From the NCBI GenBank assembly GCA_963827505.1, contig CAWHBD010000003.1, positions 1,544,252 through 1,608,251 of the forward strand: DNA of 64,000 bases, given 5' to 3'. The position numbers and the translations under genes were made by a program. The DNA is from an uncultured Candidatus Rokubacteria bacterium. Its GTDB lineage: Bacteria > Methylomirabilota > Methylomirabilia > Rokubacteriales > CSP1-6. This document shows, in pieces, positions 50,538-62,642 of this stretch; within the stretch, counting starts at the first letter, position 1, and the number at the start of each line of letters is the position of its first letter. The notes beneath the pieces are model-generated. The model saw nothing but the letters and a program-made list of their open reading frames with translations. It had not been told where the DNA came from and ran no database searches.

Positions 50538-50686
50538 CGCATTTCTTGCGGGGATCTGACCGCTCATTGCGCCCCTAGGACGAGCGCGTTCGAGAGGAGG
50601 ACCTCCGACACTTCAGAGCCAAGCCATTGATTTAATAGCCTATCTGGGCCAACAGGACGATACCAGCCAGGTGGCACGACAATAGC
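50538..50686 (+). promoter_or_regulatory. Sigma54 promoter architecture (UAS, IHF site, -24/-12) upstream of the polysaccharide cluster
   Basis: CGCA-TTTCT-TGCG at 50538-50550; AATCAA-TGGC-TTG (IHF consensus WATCAAN4TTR) on minus strand 50620-50632; TGGCAC-GACAA-TAGC at 50672-50686. Confidence 0.7.
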
Positions 50687-50714
50687 GGATCGTCGGGAAG
50701 CCTGCAGGCCCAGA

Positions 50715-51643
50715 ATGGTACAGATACCAATGCCAGAAACCTCAGAAAGCCGGATGCCGGAGGCCACGCTCGTCCAGCCCGCCACCGGGCGAACGGCGAC
50801 GACCGGCGCCGCGAGCCTCGATCCACCGACCTTCGTGATCGAGCCCGGGCGGGGCCTGATCGACCTCGACCTGGGCGCCATCTGGCAGCGCCGCGAGCTC
50901 CTGTACTTCCTGGTCTGGCGGGACGTCAAGGTCCGCTACAAGCAGACGGCCATCGGTGCCGCCTGGGCCGTGCTCAGCCCGCTACTGACGGTGCTGATCT
51001 TCGCGGTCGTCTTCGGCCGGCTGGCGAAGATTCCGTCCGACGGCCTGCCCTACATCGTCTTCGCCTTCGCCGGCTTCCTGCCGTGGACCTACTTCGCGCA
51101 GGCGTTCGGCCGGAGCAGCGCCAGCCTCGTGGGCAACGCGCATCTGATCACGAAGGTCTATTTCCCGCGGCTGATGATCCCCCTGGCGGCGGTGCATGAC
51201 GCCGGCGTGGACTTCGGCCTCTCGCTGCTCAGCGCTGCTCGGGCTGATGGTCTGGTACCGGATCACGCCCACGTGGCGCTGCTGGCCCTGCCGGGCTTCC
51301 TCGTGCTGGCCGCCGTGATCGCCCTGGCGGTGGGGCTGTGGCTGGCGCCGCATCAACGTCCGCTACCGCGACGTCAGTCACACCGTGCCGTTTCTCGTCC
51401 AGGTCTGGATGTACTGCTCGCCCGTCGTGTACCCCATCACGCTCGTCCCCGAGCCGTGGCGGCTCGTCTACAGCCTGAATCCCATGGTCGGCGTGATCGA
51501 GGGATTCCGCTGGTGCACTCCTGGGGACGGCGGCGCCCGACCTGCAGGCGATGGTCCTCAGCGCGATCGTGCGGCCTGACGTGCTTATCGGCGGCGCTCG
51601 TCTTCTTCCGGCGGATGGAACGCGCCTTCGCGGACGTGATCTG

Positions 51644-51644
<1 letters not shown>
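50715..51644 (+). CDS. wzm: Polysaccharide ABC transporter permease Wzm (frameshifted)
   Basis: RDVKVRYKQTAIGAAW, LITKVYFPR, LNPMVGVIEGFR and ERAFADVI. Confidence 0.9.
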
Positions 51645-52908
<1,264 letters not shown>

Positions 52909-52909
<1 letters not shown>

Positions 52910-53529
52910 TGGGCACTATGGGAAAGCTCGGGGACGAAGAGGTGCGCTGGTGCGAGTCTCGAAGATGGCGGTCTTCCGATGCTTGGCCGCTCCGACTACA
53001 AGCGGTGGGGCGAACCCGAGCAATCTCGAGGCGTGGTGGGAGTCCCGCACCCAGAAGCTGGCCGGGATGATCCCGCCCAGCACGCGCGTCATCGAGTTCG
53101 GCGCCGGCAAGCGGGCCTGAAGGATATCTGGATCAGGGCTGCAGCTACGTGGCCTCGGATCTGGTCGAGCGGGGGCCCGACACGTTCGTGTGCGATCTGA
53201 ATCGCCGGCCGTTACCCGACCTGCGGGCGCTGCACGCGACGTGGCCGTGTTCGCCGGCGTGCTGGAGTACATCCGCGACGTTCCCTCGCTCGTCGCGTGG
53301 CTGTCGGAGCACGTACGGTATTGCGTGGCTTCCTATGCGTCACCGGCCCACCGGGCTCGTGAGGGCCCTCAAGGTGGGGGTGCGACGGGCCTACTGGCGG
53401 ACGTACCATGGCTACATGAACTCCTACAGCGAACCGGATCTGCTGGCCTTGTTCGCGCAGGAGTCGGTTCGCGTGTCTGCGCACCTACAACTGGAACGAC
53501 CAGCGGCTCTTCCTGTTCGAAGACGATGA
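52909..53529 (+). CDS. Putative SAM-dependent methyltransferase-like protein (frameshifted)
   Basis: RVIEFGAG motif I, YVASDL, CDLN and GVLEYI in stitched frames. Confidence 0.6.
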
Positions 53530-53543
53530 ACGGAGACCGAGTC

Positions 53544-54673
53544 ATGACCGAGCCGGGATTCATCCCCGTCGCCGCGCCCGTCCTGGACGGCAACGAGAAG
53601 GAGTACGTCCTCGACTGCCTGGAGTCGACGTGGATCTCGTCGAGCGGCAAGTACCTCGATCGGTTCGAGGAGGCCTTCGCCGAGTTCTGCGGGGTCAAAC
53701 ACGCGGTCTCGTGCTCGAACGGGACGACGGCGCTGCATCTGGCGCTGCTGGCCCTCGGCGTCGGGCCCGGCGACGAGGTCATCGTCCCCACCCTGACCTT
53801 CGTGGCGACCGCCAACGCGGTGACCTACTGCGGCGCCCGGCCGGTCTTCGTCGACGTCGAGCCGGAGACGTGGAGCATCGATCCGGCCGCGATCGAGGCG
53901 AAGATCACGCCCCGGACGAAGGGCATCATCGCCGTCCACCTGTTCGGCCATCCGGCCGACATGGACGCGATCGGGGCCATCGCCCGCCGCCACGGCCTGT
54001 TCCTGCTCGAGGACGCCGCCCAGGCCCACGGGGCGCGAGTCGCGGGGCCGGCGGACCGGGTCCCTGGGCGACATCGCGACCTTCAGCTTCTTCGGCAACA
54101 AGATCGTCACGACCGGCGAGGGCGGGATGGTGACGACCGGACGACGATGCGCTGGCGGGGCGCATGCGCCTGCTCCGCACGCACGGCATGGACTCGACGC
54201 GGCGCTACTGGCATCCAGTCGTCGGCTACAACTACCGGATGACCAACATCGCCGCCGCGATCGGCCTGGCCCAGCTCGAACGCGTGCAGGGGCTGCTGGC
54301 CCGGCGCCAGGAGCTCGCCGCGTGGTACCGCGAGGCCCTCGGGCGGGTCGAGGTGCTGACCAGCCAGGGCGAGAAGCCGTGGGCGCGGCACGTCTGGTGG
54401 ATGTTCACGGTGCTCGTGAGCCCGGAGGCCGGTGACCGCGACGCGATCATGGCGGCCATGCACGCCCAGGGGATCGAAACGCGTCCGGTGGTGCATCCGC
54501 TCCACACGCTGCCGCCCTACGCCGAGGCGACGTCGGGCGAGCGCTTCCCGGTCGCGGAGGCGATCGCGCGGACCGGCATTAACCTCCCGACGTTCGTGGG
54601 GTTGACCCGGGCCCAGGTCCAGCGGGTGTGCGACAAGCTGCTCGAGTGCCTCGCGGTGGCGAGGACGGCGTGA
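53544..54673 (+). CDS. DegT/DnrJ/EryC1/StrS aminotransferase (perosamine synthase-like; frameshifted)
   Basis: SNGTTALHL, EDAAQAHG, SFFGNKIVTTGEGG and GYNYRMTN. Confidence 0.92.
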
Positions 54674-55311
54674 TCGAGGACCGCGCCACGCGACCCGGAG
54701 CGCACGGCCACGCCGGCGGCCGGCGGGGCGTCGTCGTGCTCGATCGGGACGGGACCATCAACGTCGAGCGCCACTACCTGGCCGACCCCGCCCAGGTCGA
54801 GCTGATCGCCGGCGCCGCCGAGGGGCTGCGGCGCCTGCGCGATCTGGGGCTCGAGCTGATCGTGGTCACGAACCAGTCGGGAGTGGGGCGGGGGTACTTC
54901 AGCGCGAACACGCTGGCGGCCATCCACGCCCGCCTGGTCGAGTGCCTGGCCGCCGAGGGCGTCGAGCTGGCCGGCATCTACGTCTGCCCCCACGTCCCCG
55001 CCGCCGGGTGCCGGTGCCGCAAGCCGGGACCGGAGCTGCTGGAGCATGCCGCCCGCGAGAGGGGCTTCGACCCCCGCGCGGCATTCGTGATCGGCGACAA
55101 GGCCTCGGACGTCGAGATGGGACGGCGGGCCGGGAGCACCACCCTGCTGGTGCGGACCGGCTACGGGGCGGAGGTCGCCGGGGCCGGCGACGTCACCGCC
55201 GACTACGTCGTTGAGGACCTGCGTGAGGCGGCACGCGTCATCGAAGGGCTGATCGGCCCCGACGAGGCGATCGGAGCCGGGGTGCAAAGGAGCACGCGGA
55301 ATGGAACCTGA
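54670..55311 (+). CDS. gmhB: D-glycero-D-manno-heptose 1,7-bisphosphate phosphatase
   Basis: DRDGTI, VTNQSG, CPH...CRCRKP and IGDK..D. Confidence 0.9.
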   Translation: MIEDRATRPGAHGHAGGRRGVVVLDRDGTINVERHYLADPAQVELIAGAAEGLRRLRDLGLELIVVTNQSGVGRGYFSANTLAAIHARLVECLAAEGVELAGIYVCPHVPAAGCRCRKPGPELLEHAARERGFDPRAAFVIGDKASDVEMGRRAGSTTLLVRTGYGAEVAGAGDVTADYVVEDLREAARVIEGLIGPDEAIGAGVQRSTRNGT

Positions 55312-55900
55312 GGTTCAGTCCATGGCCACGGTGCGGTCGTACCTGGCCGAGAGCGCGGCGATCAAGCGCCTCACGGCCGACGCGTGTGCGGAGGCTATCG
55401 CCACAGCGGCGGGGGTCATCACCGAGGCCTTCCGCGCGGGGGGGAAACTGCTCATCTGCGGCAACGGCGGCAGCGCCGCCGACTGCCAGCACATGGCGGC
55501 CGAGTTCGTCAGCCGGCTGACCAAGGATTTCGATCGGCCGGGACTGCCGGCCATCGCGCTCACGACCGACTCCTCGTTCCTGACCGCCTACGCCAACGAC
55601 TGCGGCTTCGACGGGATCTTCGCCCGCCAGGTGCAGGCGCTCGGCCGGCCCGGCGACGTCCTGCTCGGCATCAGCACCAGCGGGAATTCCCCCAACGTCG
55701 TCCAGGCCGTCGAGCTGGCGCGGGCCACCGGCCTGCGGACCGTGTCGCTGACGGGCGGGGGCGGCCGCCTCGGCAAGCTCGCCGACGTGTCGATCGCGGT
55801 GCCGAGTGACGACACCCAGCACATCCAGGAGACGCACCTGGCCGTCGAGCACCTGCTGTGCCTGCTGGTCGAGCGGGAGCTGTTCGGATCCCGGCCATGA
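55301..55900 (+). CDS. gmhA: Sedoheptulose-7-phosphate isomerase
   Basis: CGNGGSAADCQH, AND, ISTSGNS and IQETH. Confidence 0.93.
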   Translation: MEPEVQSMATVRSYLAESAAIKRLTADACAEAIATAAGVITEAFRAGGKLLICGNGGSAADCQHMAAEFVSRLTKDFDRPGLPAIALTTDSSFLTAYANDCGFDGIFARQVQALGRPGDVLLGISTSGNSPNVVQAVELARATGLRTVSLTGGGGRLGKLADVSIAVPSDDTQHIQETHLAVEHLLCLLVERELFGSRP

Positions 55901-56954
55901 TCATCAGCCGGACGCCCTATCGCATCTCGTTCTTCGGCGGCGGCACCGACTACCCGGACTGGTATCGCAAGCACGGCGGGGCCGTGCTGGCCACGACCAT
56001 CGACAAGTACTGCTACATCACCTCCCGGCACCTGCCGCCGTTCTTCGAGCACCGCATCCGCGTCGTCTACTCGAAGATCGAGTACTGCCAGACCATCGAG
56101 GAGATCGCCCACCCGTCCGTCCGCGAGGTGCTGCGGTTCCTCGACCTGCAGCGCGGCGTCGAGATCCACCACGACGGCGACCTGCCGGCCCGCAGCGGCA
56201 TGGGCTCCAGCTCGGCCTTCACCGTCGGCCTGCTCCACGCCCTCTACGCGCTGCACGGCGAGATGGTCGAGCAAGCACCAACTGGCCATGGAGAGCGTGC
56301 ACCTCGAGCAGGACGTGCTGAAGGAGACGGTCGGCTCGCAGGACCAGGTGCTGGCCGCCTACGGCGGCTTCAACCACATCACCTTCGCGCCGAACGGCGA
56401 GATCTCGGTGCGGCCCGTCACGCTCAGCCGCGACCGCATGCTCGAGCTGAACTCCCACCTGATGCTCTTCTACACCGGCATCGAGCGCACGGCGTCGACG
56501 ATCGCCGACACCTACGTGAATGACCTGGACGACAAGCGCCGCCAGCTCCGGATCATGCGGGAGCTGGTCGACGAGAGCGTGTCGATCCTCGAGCGGCGGC
56601 CAGGACCTCGGCGGGTTCGGCGAGCTGCTCCACGAGGCCTGGCAGGCCAAGCGGAGCCTGAGCGCCAAGGTGTCCAACTCGTACGTGGACGACATCTACG
56701 ACCAGGCCCGGGCGGCCGGGGCCATCGGCGGGAAGCTCACCGGGGCCGGCGGCGGCGGCTTCATCGTGCTCTTCGCCCCGCCCGCGCGGCACGCGGCCAT
56801 CCGGGAGCGGCTCGCCAAGCTCATCCACGTGCCGGTCAAGTTCGAGTTCGGCGGCAGCCAGATCATCTTCTTCGATCGCGAAGAGGACTACTCGGCCGAG
56901 GAGCAGGCGCGCTCGGCGCGGACGATCGACGCGTTTCGCGAGCTGGGCCACTGA
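55897..56954 (+). CDS. hddA: D-glycero-alpha-D-manno-heptose-7-phosphate kinase (GHMP family; frameshifted)
   Basis: RISFFGGGTD, PARSGMGSSS, GSQDQ and GAGGGG; next to gmhA/gmhB. Confidence 0.85.
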
Positions 56955-56988
56955 TCGGCCGAGCACGCAGACCAGAGGGAGGGGCAAC

Positions 56989-57924
56989 GTGCGGATCCTG
57001 GTGACGGGCGGTGCGGGATATCTGGGATCGATCCTCGTTCCGATGCTGCTCAACGACGGCCACGACGTCACGGTGGTGGACAGCTTCATGTACCAGCAGA
57101 CGTCGCTGCTCGACTGCTGCTGGAACCCGCGCCTGACGGTGGTGCGGGGCGACGTCCGCGATCGCCGGCTCCTGGAGGAGCTGGTGCCGAAGGCCGACGC
57201 CATCTTCCCGCTGGCGTGTCTGACGGGGGCGCCGATCTGCGCCAAGGAGCCGGAGGCCGCCCGCGCGGTGAACCTCGAGCAGATCAAGACCATCGCCAGG
57301 CTGGCCGGGCGCGGGCAGCGGATCATCTACCCGTGCACGAACAGTGGCTACGGCATCGGCGAGGCCGACATCTACTGCGACGAGGACTCGCCGCTGCGGC
57401 CCATCTCGGTCTACGGGAAGGTCAAGGTGGAGGCCGAGGCGTTCCTGCTGGACCGCGGGGACTGTGTGACCTTCCGGTTCGCCACGCTGTTCGGGGTCAG
57501 TCCGCGAATGCGGCTCGACCTCCTGGTGAACGACTTCACCTTCCGGGCGGTCATCGACCGCTTCGTGGTGCTGTTCGAGCCGCACTTCAAGCGAAACTAC
57601 CTGCACGTGCGCGACGGCGCCGGCGTCTTCCGCCACGCCCTGGCCAACTACGACGCCATGAAGGGCCGCACCTACAACGTCGGCCTCAGCGACGCCAACC
57701 TTAGCAAGTGGGAGCTGTGCGAGGTGATCCGCAAGCACGTCCCCGAGTTCTACTACGTGGCGGCCGAAATCGGCGAGGACCCCGACAAGCGTAACTATCT
57801 CGTGAGCAACCAGCGGATCGAGGACACCGGGTTCCGGACCACCGTGGGCCTCGACGACGGCATCGCCGAGCTCGTGCGCGGGTACCAGATCCTCCGGCGC
57901 GACCAGCACTCGAACATCCGATGA
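56989..57924 (+). CDS. NAD-dependent nucleotide-sugar epimerase/dehydratase
   Basis: TGGAGYLG, YGKVK and RMRLDLLVNDF. Confidence 0.88.
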   Translation: MRILVTGGAGYLGSILVPMLLNDGHDVTVVDSFMYQQTSLLDCCWNPRLTVVRGDVRDRRLLEELVPKADAIFPLACLTGAPICAKEPEAARAVNLEQIKTIARLAGRGQRIIYPCTNSGYGIGEADIYCDEDSPLRPISVYGKVKVEAEAFLLDRGDCVTFRFATLFGVSPRMRLDLLVNDFTFRAVIDRFVVLFEPHFKRNYLHVRDGAGVFRHALANYDAMKGRTYNVGLSDANLSKWELCEVIRKHVPEFYYVAAEIGEDPDKRNYLVSNQRIEDTGFRTTVGLDDGIAELVRGYQILRRDQHSNIR

Positions 57925-59258
57925 CGGTGGCCCGGCCCACGAGCTACGCGCCCCGGCTCAAGGTCGCCATCGCCGCTCACGCCGGTCCCGGGGGGACCGG
58001 CGGGGTCGCGCGCTTCGTGGGGTCCTTGATCCAGGCGCTGGGCCGGCTCGAGGACGGTGAGGAGCAGTACCTCATCGTCGTCCGGTCCGAGGCCCACCGT
58101 GCCTGGCTGCAGCCCCTCCTGGGGCCGAACCAGGAGATCGTCTTCGAGGCCGAGATGAAGCGGGAGATCCAGCGCCGTCGCCGCCGGGAAGCGGGCTGGC
58201 CGCTGCTCGAATGGCTGAAGGCCGGCCTGCGACCGCTGATCCCGACCGCCCGGAGCCTGCAGGAGCGCCTCAATCTCCTTCCCCGGCAGTGGCCGGAAGT
58301 CCCGATCTCGGACGGGTCCTACGAGGCGCTGGGCTGCGACGTCCTCCACATCGTGAATCAGGCGTTCTTCCTGTGCGCCATCCCGACGGTCTACAACCCT
58401 CACGACCTGCAGCACCTGCACTTCCCGCAGTTCTTCCTGCCCGAGACCATCGCGTGGCGCGAGACGGTTTTTCCGGCCGGCTGCCACTTCGCTCACACCG
58501 TCGTCGTGGGCTCTCAGTGGGTGAAGGACGACGTGATCAGGCGCTACCGGGCCCACCCCGACAAGGTCCAGGTGGTCTTCGAGGCGCCGACCACCGAGGC
58601 CCTGTCCGAACCGTCGGAGGACGCCCTGGCGGCGGTCAGGCGGAAGTACCATATCGACGGGCCGTTCGCGCTGTACCCGGCCATGACCTGGGCCCACAAG
58701 AACCACGTCCGCCTCCTGGAGGCGCTGGCCCACCTCCGGGACACTCGGGGGCTCGTGGTCCCGCTCATCTGCACCGGGATGCGGCGTCCGGATGTGTGGC
58801 CGACGATCGAGCGCTGCCAGCAGGAGCTGGGGCTGTCCCCGCAGGTCCGATTCCTGGATCTCCTTCCTGAGGACGACCTGAAGGCCCTCTTCAGCCTCGC
58901 TCAGTTCATGATTTTCCCGACCCTGCTCGAGGCCATCAGTCTGCCGATCTTCGAGGCGTGGCTGGCCGGCCTGCCCGTGGCCTGCTCCAACGTCACCGCG
59001 CTGCCGGAACAGGTCCGGGACGCGGCGCTGACGTTCGATCCGATGTCCGTCGAATCGATCGCCGGCGCCATCGCCACCATGGCGACCGACGCCGAGATGC
59101 GGCGAGACCTGCAGCGGCTCGGCCACGAGCGCATCAAGGACTTCACCTGGGAGCGGACGGCGAAGGCGTATCGCGCCGTCTACCGGCGGGCCGCCGGCTT
59201 TCCCCTCACCGAGGAGGATCGGTGGCTGCTGTCGTGGGACTGGGCGACGCGGCCCTAG
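57921..59258 (+). CDS. Glycosyltransferase family 4
   Basis: HDLQH, HKNH and EAISLPIFEA (E-X7-E). Confidence 0.88.
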   Translation: MTVARPTSYAPRLKVAIAAHAGPGGTGGVARFVGSLIQALGRLEDGEEQYLIVVRSEAHRAWLQPLLGPNQEIVFEAEMKREIQRRRRREAGWPLLEWLKAGLRPLIPTARSLQERLNLLPRQWPEVPISDGSYEALGCDVLHIVNQAFFLCAIPTVYNPHDLQHLHFPQFFLPETIAWRETVFPAGCHFAHTVVVGSQWVKDDVIRRYRAHPDKVQVVFEAPTTEALSEPSEDALAAVRRKYHIDGPFALYPAMTWAHKNHVRLLEALAHLRDTRGLVVPLICTGMRRPDVWPTIERCQQELGLSPQVRFLDLLPEDDLKALFSLAQFMIFPTLLEAISLPIFEAWLAGLPVACSNVTALPEQVRDAALTFDPMSVESIAGAIATMATDAEMRRDLQRLGHERIKDFTWERTAKAYRAVYRRAAGFPLTEEDRWLLSWDWATRP

Positions 59259-59292
59259 TGTCGCGCCCGTAACGAAGGAGACACACACTCCT

Positions 59293-60207
59293 ATGCCGCG
59301 GGTGTCCATCACCATTCCCACGTTCAATTGCGCGCGATACCTCGGTCGGGCCATCGACAGCGCGCTCGCCCAGACCTACGCCGACTACGAGATCATCGTG
59401 GTGGACGACGGCTCCACCGACGACACGCGGGGGGTGCTGACCCGATTCGGCGACAAGATCCGCTACGTCTACCAGCCCAACGGTGGACTGTCCTCGGCGC
59501 GGAACCTGGCGCTGGCCCACGCGAGCGGCGAGTTCATCGCCTACCTGGACGCCGACGACCTCTGGTATCCCCACCGACTGCAGACGCAGGTCGCCTTTCT
59601 GGACACCCACCCGGCGTGTGGGTTCGTGCACAGCGACGTGACGATCATCGACGACGACGATCGCGTGATTCACCGGGCGTATAACGCGGAGACCCGGCGG
59701 GATGTGCCCGAGGGATATTGCGCGCTGAATCTGCTCCGGCGATGCCACGTGCAGGTGCCGTCGGTGCTGGAGCGTCGCGAGTGCATCGAGCGTGTCGGGA
59801 ACTTCGACGGGCGACTGAAGACTGCCCAGGATTATCTCCATTGGATCCGGATCGCCCTGGACGGGATGGCGGTGGGGTACATCCCGGAGCCGCTGGCGAT
59901 GTACCGCCGCACCGCAAGCAGCCTCTCGAGCAGCCCCCGGCGCGTGCTCGACGATGGGGTCATGATCTTCGAGACGCTGCTGGCCGACCCCGCCGTGCGG
60001 CGCGGGCCTGGTCGAGAGGCCGTGGCCATCGCCCGGGACCGCCTCTACGCGTTTCGCCGCGAGCTCGCGTATCTCGACCGCGTCGAGGGCCGCCGGGGTC
60101 ACGCCCTGGGACACACCCTCCGCCTCGTCAGGCAGTGGCCGTTGCGCCCCCAGCTCTACGCGGACCTGCTCAAGACCTGCCTTCGCTCGAGGCCCGTCCG
60201 CGGGTGA
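59293..60207 (+). CDS. Glycosyltransferase family 2
   Basis: VSITIPTFN, VDDGSTD, ARN and YLDADD; AGGAG SD. Confidence 0.92.
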   Translation: MPRVSITIPTFNCARYLGRAIDSALAQTYADYEIIVVDDGSTDDTRGVLTRFGDKIRYVYQPNGGLSSARNLALAHASGEFIAYLDADDLWYPHRLQTQVAFLDTHPACGFVHSDVTIIDDDDRVIHRAYNAETRRDVPEGYCALNLLRRCHVQVPSVLERRECIERVGNFDGRLKTAQDYLHWIRIALDGMAVGYIPEPLAMYRRTASSLSSSPRRVLDDGVMIFETLLADPAVRRGPGREAVAIARDRLYAFRRELAYLDRVEGRRGHALGHTLRLVRQWPLRPQLYADLLKTCLRSRPVRG

Positions 60208-60214
60208 GGGCGGA

Positions 60215-61384
60215 TTACCCGGCGAGGGGGCTGCGGCCGTTCAGCAGCGCGGCGAACACGCCGTCGTAGTGGGCGCCCATCGCCTCGCTCCCGAAGCGCT
60301 CCCGCACTCGCCGGTATCCCGCCTCGACCATGGATTCCCGCAGCGTGTCGTCGGCGAGCACGGACAGCAGGGCCCGGGCCAGCGCGTCGGGATCGTCGGG
60401 CTCGACCAGGAGGCCGCTCCGTCCGCTCTCGATGATCTCGGCGATGCCGCCGACGGCTGACGCCACCACGGCCTTGCGAGAGGCCAGCGCCTCGGCCACC
60501 ACCAGTCCGAACGGCTCCGACCGCGAGGGCAGCACGAACAGGACACAGTCCCGGAGCAGCCGGGCGACCTCGGGCCTGGCCCGCCACCCGAGAAAGGCGA
60601 CCCGGTGTTCGAGCGAGAGTGACCGCGCCAGTCCCTCGTGTTCCGAGCGCAGAGGGCCGTCGCCCACCAGCAGCAGCCGTAGGTCGCCGCGGGTCTGGGT
60701 GATCTGGGCGAAGGCCCTGAGCAGCACGTCGAGCCCCTTCTTCTCGTTGTGGGCGGCGATACACAACAGGTAGGGCGTCCAGTGGGCCGTGGCCATCGCG
60801 CCGTCCGCGCGGCCGAGCTCCTCGAAGTCGATCCCGTTGTGGACGACCACGCCTTTCGGCGCCGCCCGCGGGAGGACCGCGAGGCAGTCGGCCAGGAACG
60901 CCCTTGACGGGGCGACGACCGCGTCCGCGGAGGCCAGCAGGAACCGGACGGATCCCGGGAGCCGTCGGCGGGGCCGGCCGCCGGGAAACAGGTCGGCGCC
61001 GTGCACGGATACCACGAGCCGGATGCGCAAGAGCCAGCGGAGCAGGCCGAAGTAGACGAACAGCTCGACAGGGTAGTGGATGTTGACGACGTCGATCCGG
61101 TGCGCCCGGACCACCGACAGGAGTTGGTACATCGTGAACGGGAAGAACAGCAGGAACGCCAGGATGCCCCGGAGGGGGTAGTCGGGCAGGAAGGGCGCCC
61201 GGAGATTGATCTCGTATCCGGTGAATCCCCACTCGGTCGTCCGGCGCCTCCGGCGATTCGGGTCGCCGGGGTGGACGAAGACCACGCGGTGGCCCCCGCG
61301 CTCCAGGTGCGTGGCCAGGTTTCCGACGACCGAGGCCACGCCGCCGAACGCCTGGTCCCAGGGGACCACCAGCAGAACGTTCAC
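60215..61384 (-). CDS. Glycosyltransferase family 4
   Basis: GGVASV, VHNGID, KGLDVL and EPFGLVVAEA; GTGA overlap with upstream gene. Confidence 0.9.
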   Translation of the reverse strand: MNVLLVVPWDQAFGGVASVVGNLATHLERGGHRVVFVHPGDPNRRRRRTTEWGFTGYEINLRAPFLPDYPLRGILAFLLFFPFTMYQLLSVVRAHRIDVVNIHYPVELFVYFGLLRWLLRIRLVVSVHGADLFPGGRPRRRLPGSVRFLLASADAVVAPSRAFLADCLAVLPRAAPKGVVVHNGIDFEELGRADGAMATAHWTPYLLCIAAHNEKKGLDVLLRAFAQITQTRGDLRLLLVGDGPLRSEHEGLARSLSLEHRVAFLGWRARPEVARLLRDCVLFVLPSRSEPFGLVVAEALASRKAVVASAVGGIAEIIESGRSGLLVEPDDPDALARALLSVLADDTLRESMVEAGYRRVRERFGSEAMGAHYDGVFAALLNGRSPLAG

Positions 61385-62535
61385 CGTGAGGGCGAGGAGC
61401 CCGCGGGCATCAGCGTGTCGAGGGCGGTGTGGTTCTTCAGCGCCCTCAGCCGCATGGCCGTCGAGCCGTGCTTGAGGCGATCCAGCCCGGCCGATGGGTC
61501 TCGTTCGACCGCGTCGTACAGGGCCAGGAGAGCGTCGGGCGTGGCGGTGTCGATGGGCACGCCATAGGTCCACTGCAGGTCGTCGCAGAGATCGTTGACC
61601 TTGTCCGACCGCTGGAGGGCGATGAACGGCACGCCCTGCAGGGCGGAGAAGAGGCAAAAATGGTAGCGCGTGGAGACCGTCACCCGGCAACATCCGATCA
61701 TCGAGAGCATCTGCTCGGGCGACCAGTAATCGTTGGGGACGAGCACCGCACGGTCGGCGTGCCGCATCGCTCTCCTGACGAGCGCGCCGGCGGCCATGTC
61801 GTACGTGGGGCCGTCGCTGACGTCGTTGCACAGGAACAGGGGGGTGGCGCCGTGGCGCTCGACGAGCTGATCGAGAAACTCGCCCACGTGGCTCAGCAGT
61901 CGGGGAGCCCCCCGCTGCATGAAGGGCTCGTTGTTCACGTTCACACCCACGATGGGCCGATCGACGTCGACGCCCAGGGTCTTCAAGTAGTCGCGGCCCC
62001 ACGAGGGCGGGACCGGCTCGAGCAGCCAGGCCATGTCGCCGGCGACGGTCACGGACCCACCGGGGACGCCGCACTCGGTGAGCCGGTCCTTGTCACGCTG
62101 GGATCTGACGCTCCAGTGCTGGACCCGGGGCGCAATGGTCTCGGCCAGGATCCGTCGCGACTCGGCCCGGTGAAGCCGCTCCGTTCCGATACCGACGAAG
62201 ACGATGCGCTTGTGGCGGTGCGATCCCATGGTGACGATCGGCGCGACGTCGGCGAGGGGATAGGGGCCGAGAATGTCCATGACGGGGGTCCCGCCGGCGA
62301 ACAGGTACGCGTCGGCCCGCTGTCGCGCCCACCAGCCGCGAAGGTCGCGCGCCAGCGCGTCGTAGTACCGGAACGACGGCTCGATGCGGGCGGTGTGGGA
62401 GCGATTGCGCGACGCCACCCACGGGTGTGGCTCGATTCGCGGGTGCCCCGCGATGAGCCGGGCGAAGCCCTGGAGGGTGGACTCGTCTCCGATGTTGCCC
62501 CAGCCATAGAAACCGAAGGGAATGACGATCCTCAT
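61381..62535 (-). CDS. Polysaccharide pyruvyl transferase family protein
   Basis: GFYGWGNIGDE, FAGG, SVR and STRYH motifs. Confidence 0.85.
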   Translation of the reverse strand: MRIVIPFGFYGWGNIGDESTLQGFARLIAGHPRIEPHPWVASRNRSHTARIEPSFRYYDALARDLRGWWARQRADAYLFAGGTPVMDILGPYPLADVAPIVTMGSHRHKRIVFVGIGTERLHRAESRRILAETIAPRVQHWSVRSQRDKDRLTECGVPGGSVTVAGDMAWLLEPVPPSWGRDYLKTLGVDVDRPIVGVNVNNEPFMQRGAPRLLSHVGEFLDQLVERHGATPLFLCNDVSDGPTYDMAAGALVRRAMRHADRAVLVPNDYWSPEQMLSMIGCCRVTVSTRYHFCLFSALQGVPFIALQRSDKVNDLCDDLQWTYGVPIDTATPDALLALYDAVERDPSAGLDRLKHGSTAMRLRALKNHTALDTLMPAGSSPSR

Positions 62536-62642
62536 CGACGAAGAACTCCAGGAGGCATCATGTCGATAGTAGCCTCAGGAACTCGACGGAAGCAACGAAA
62601 GCGTCGGCCGGTGGCGGTCGCCGGGGGTGGAGGCCCCGATAG

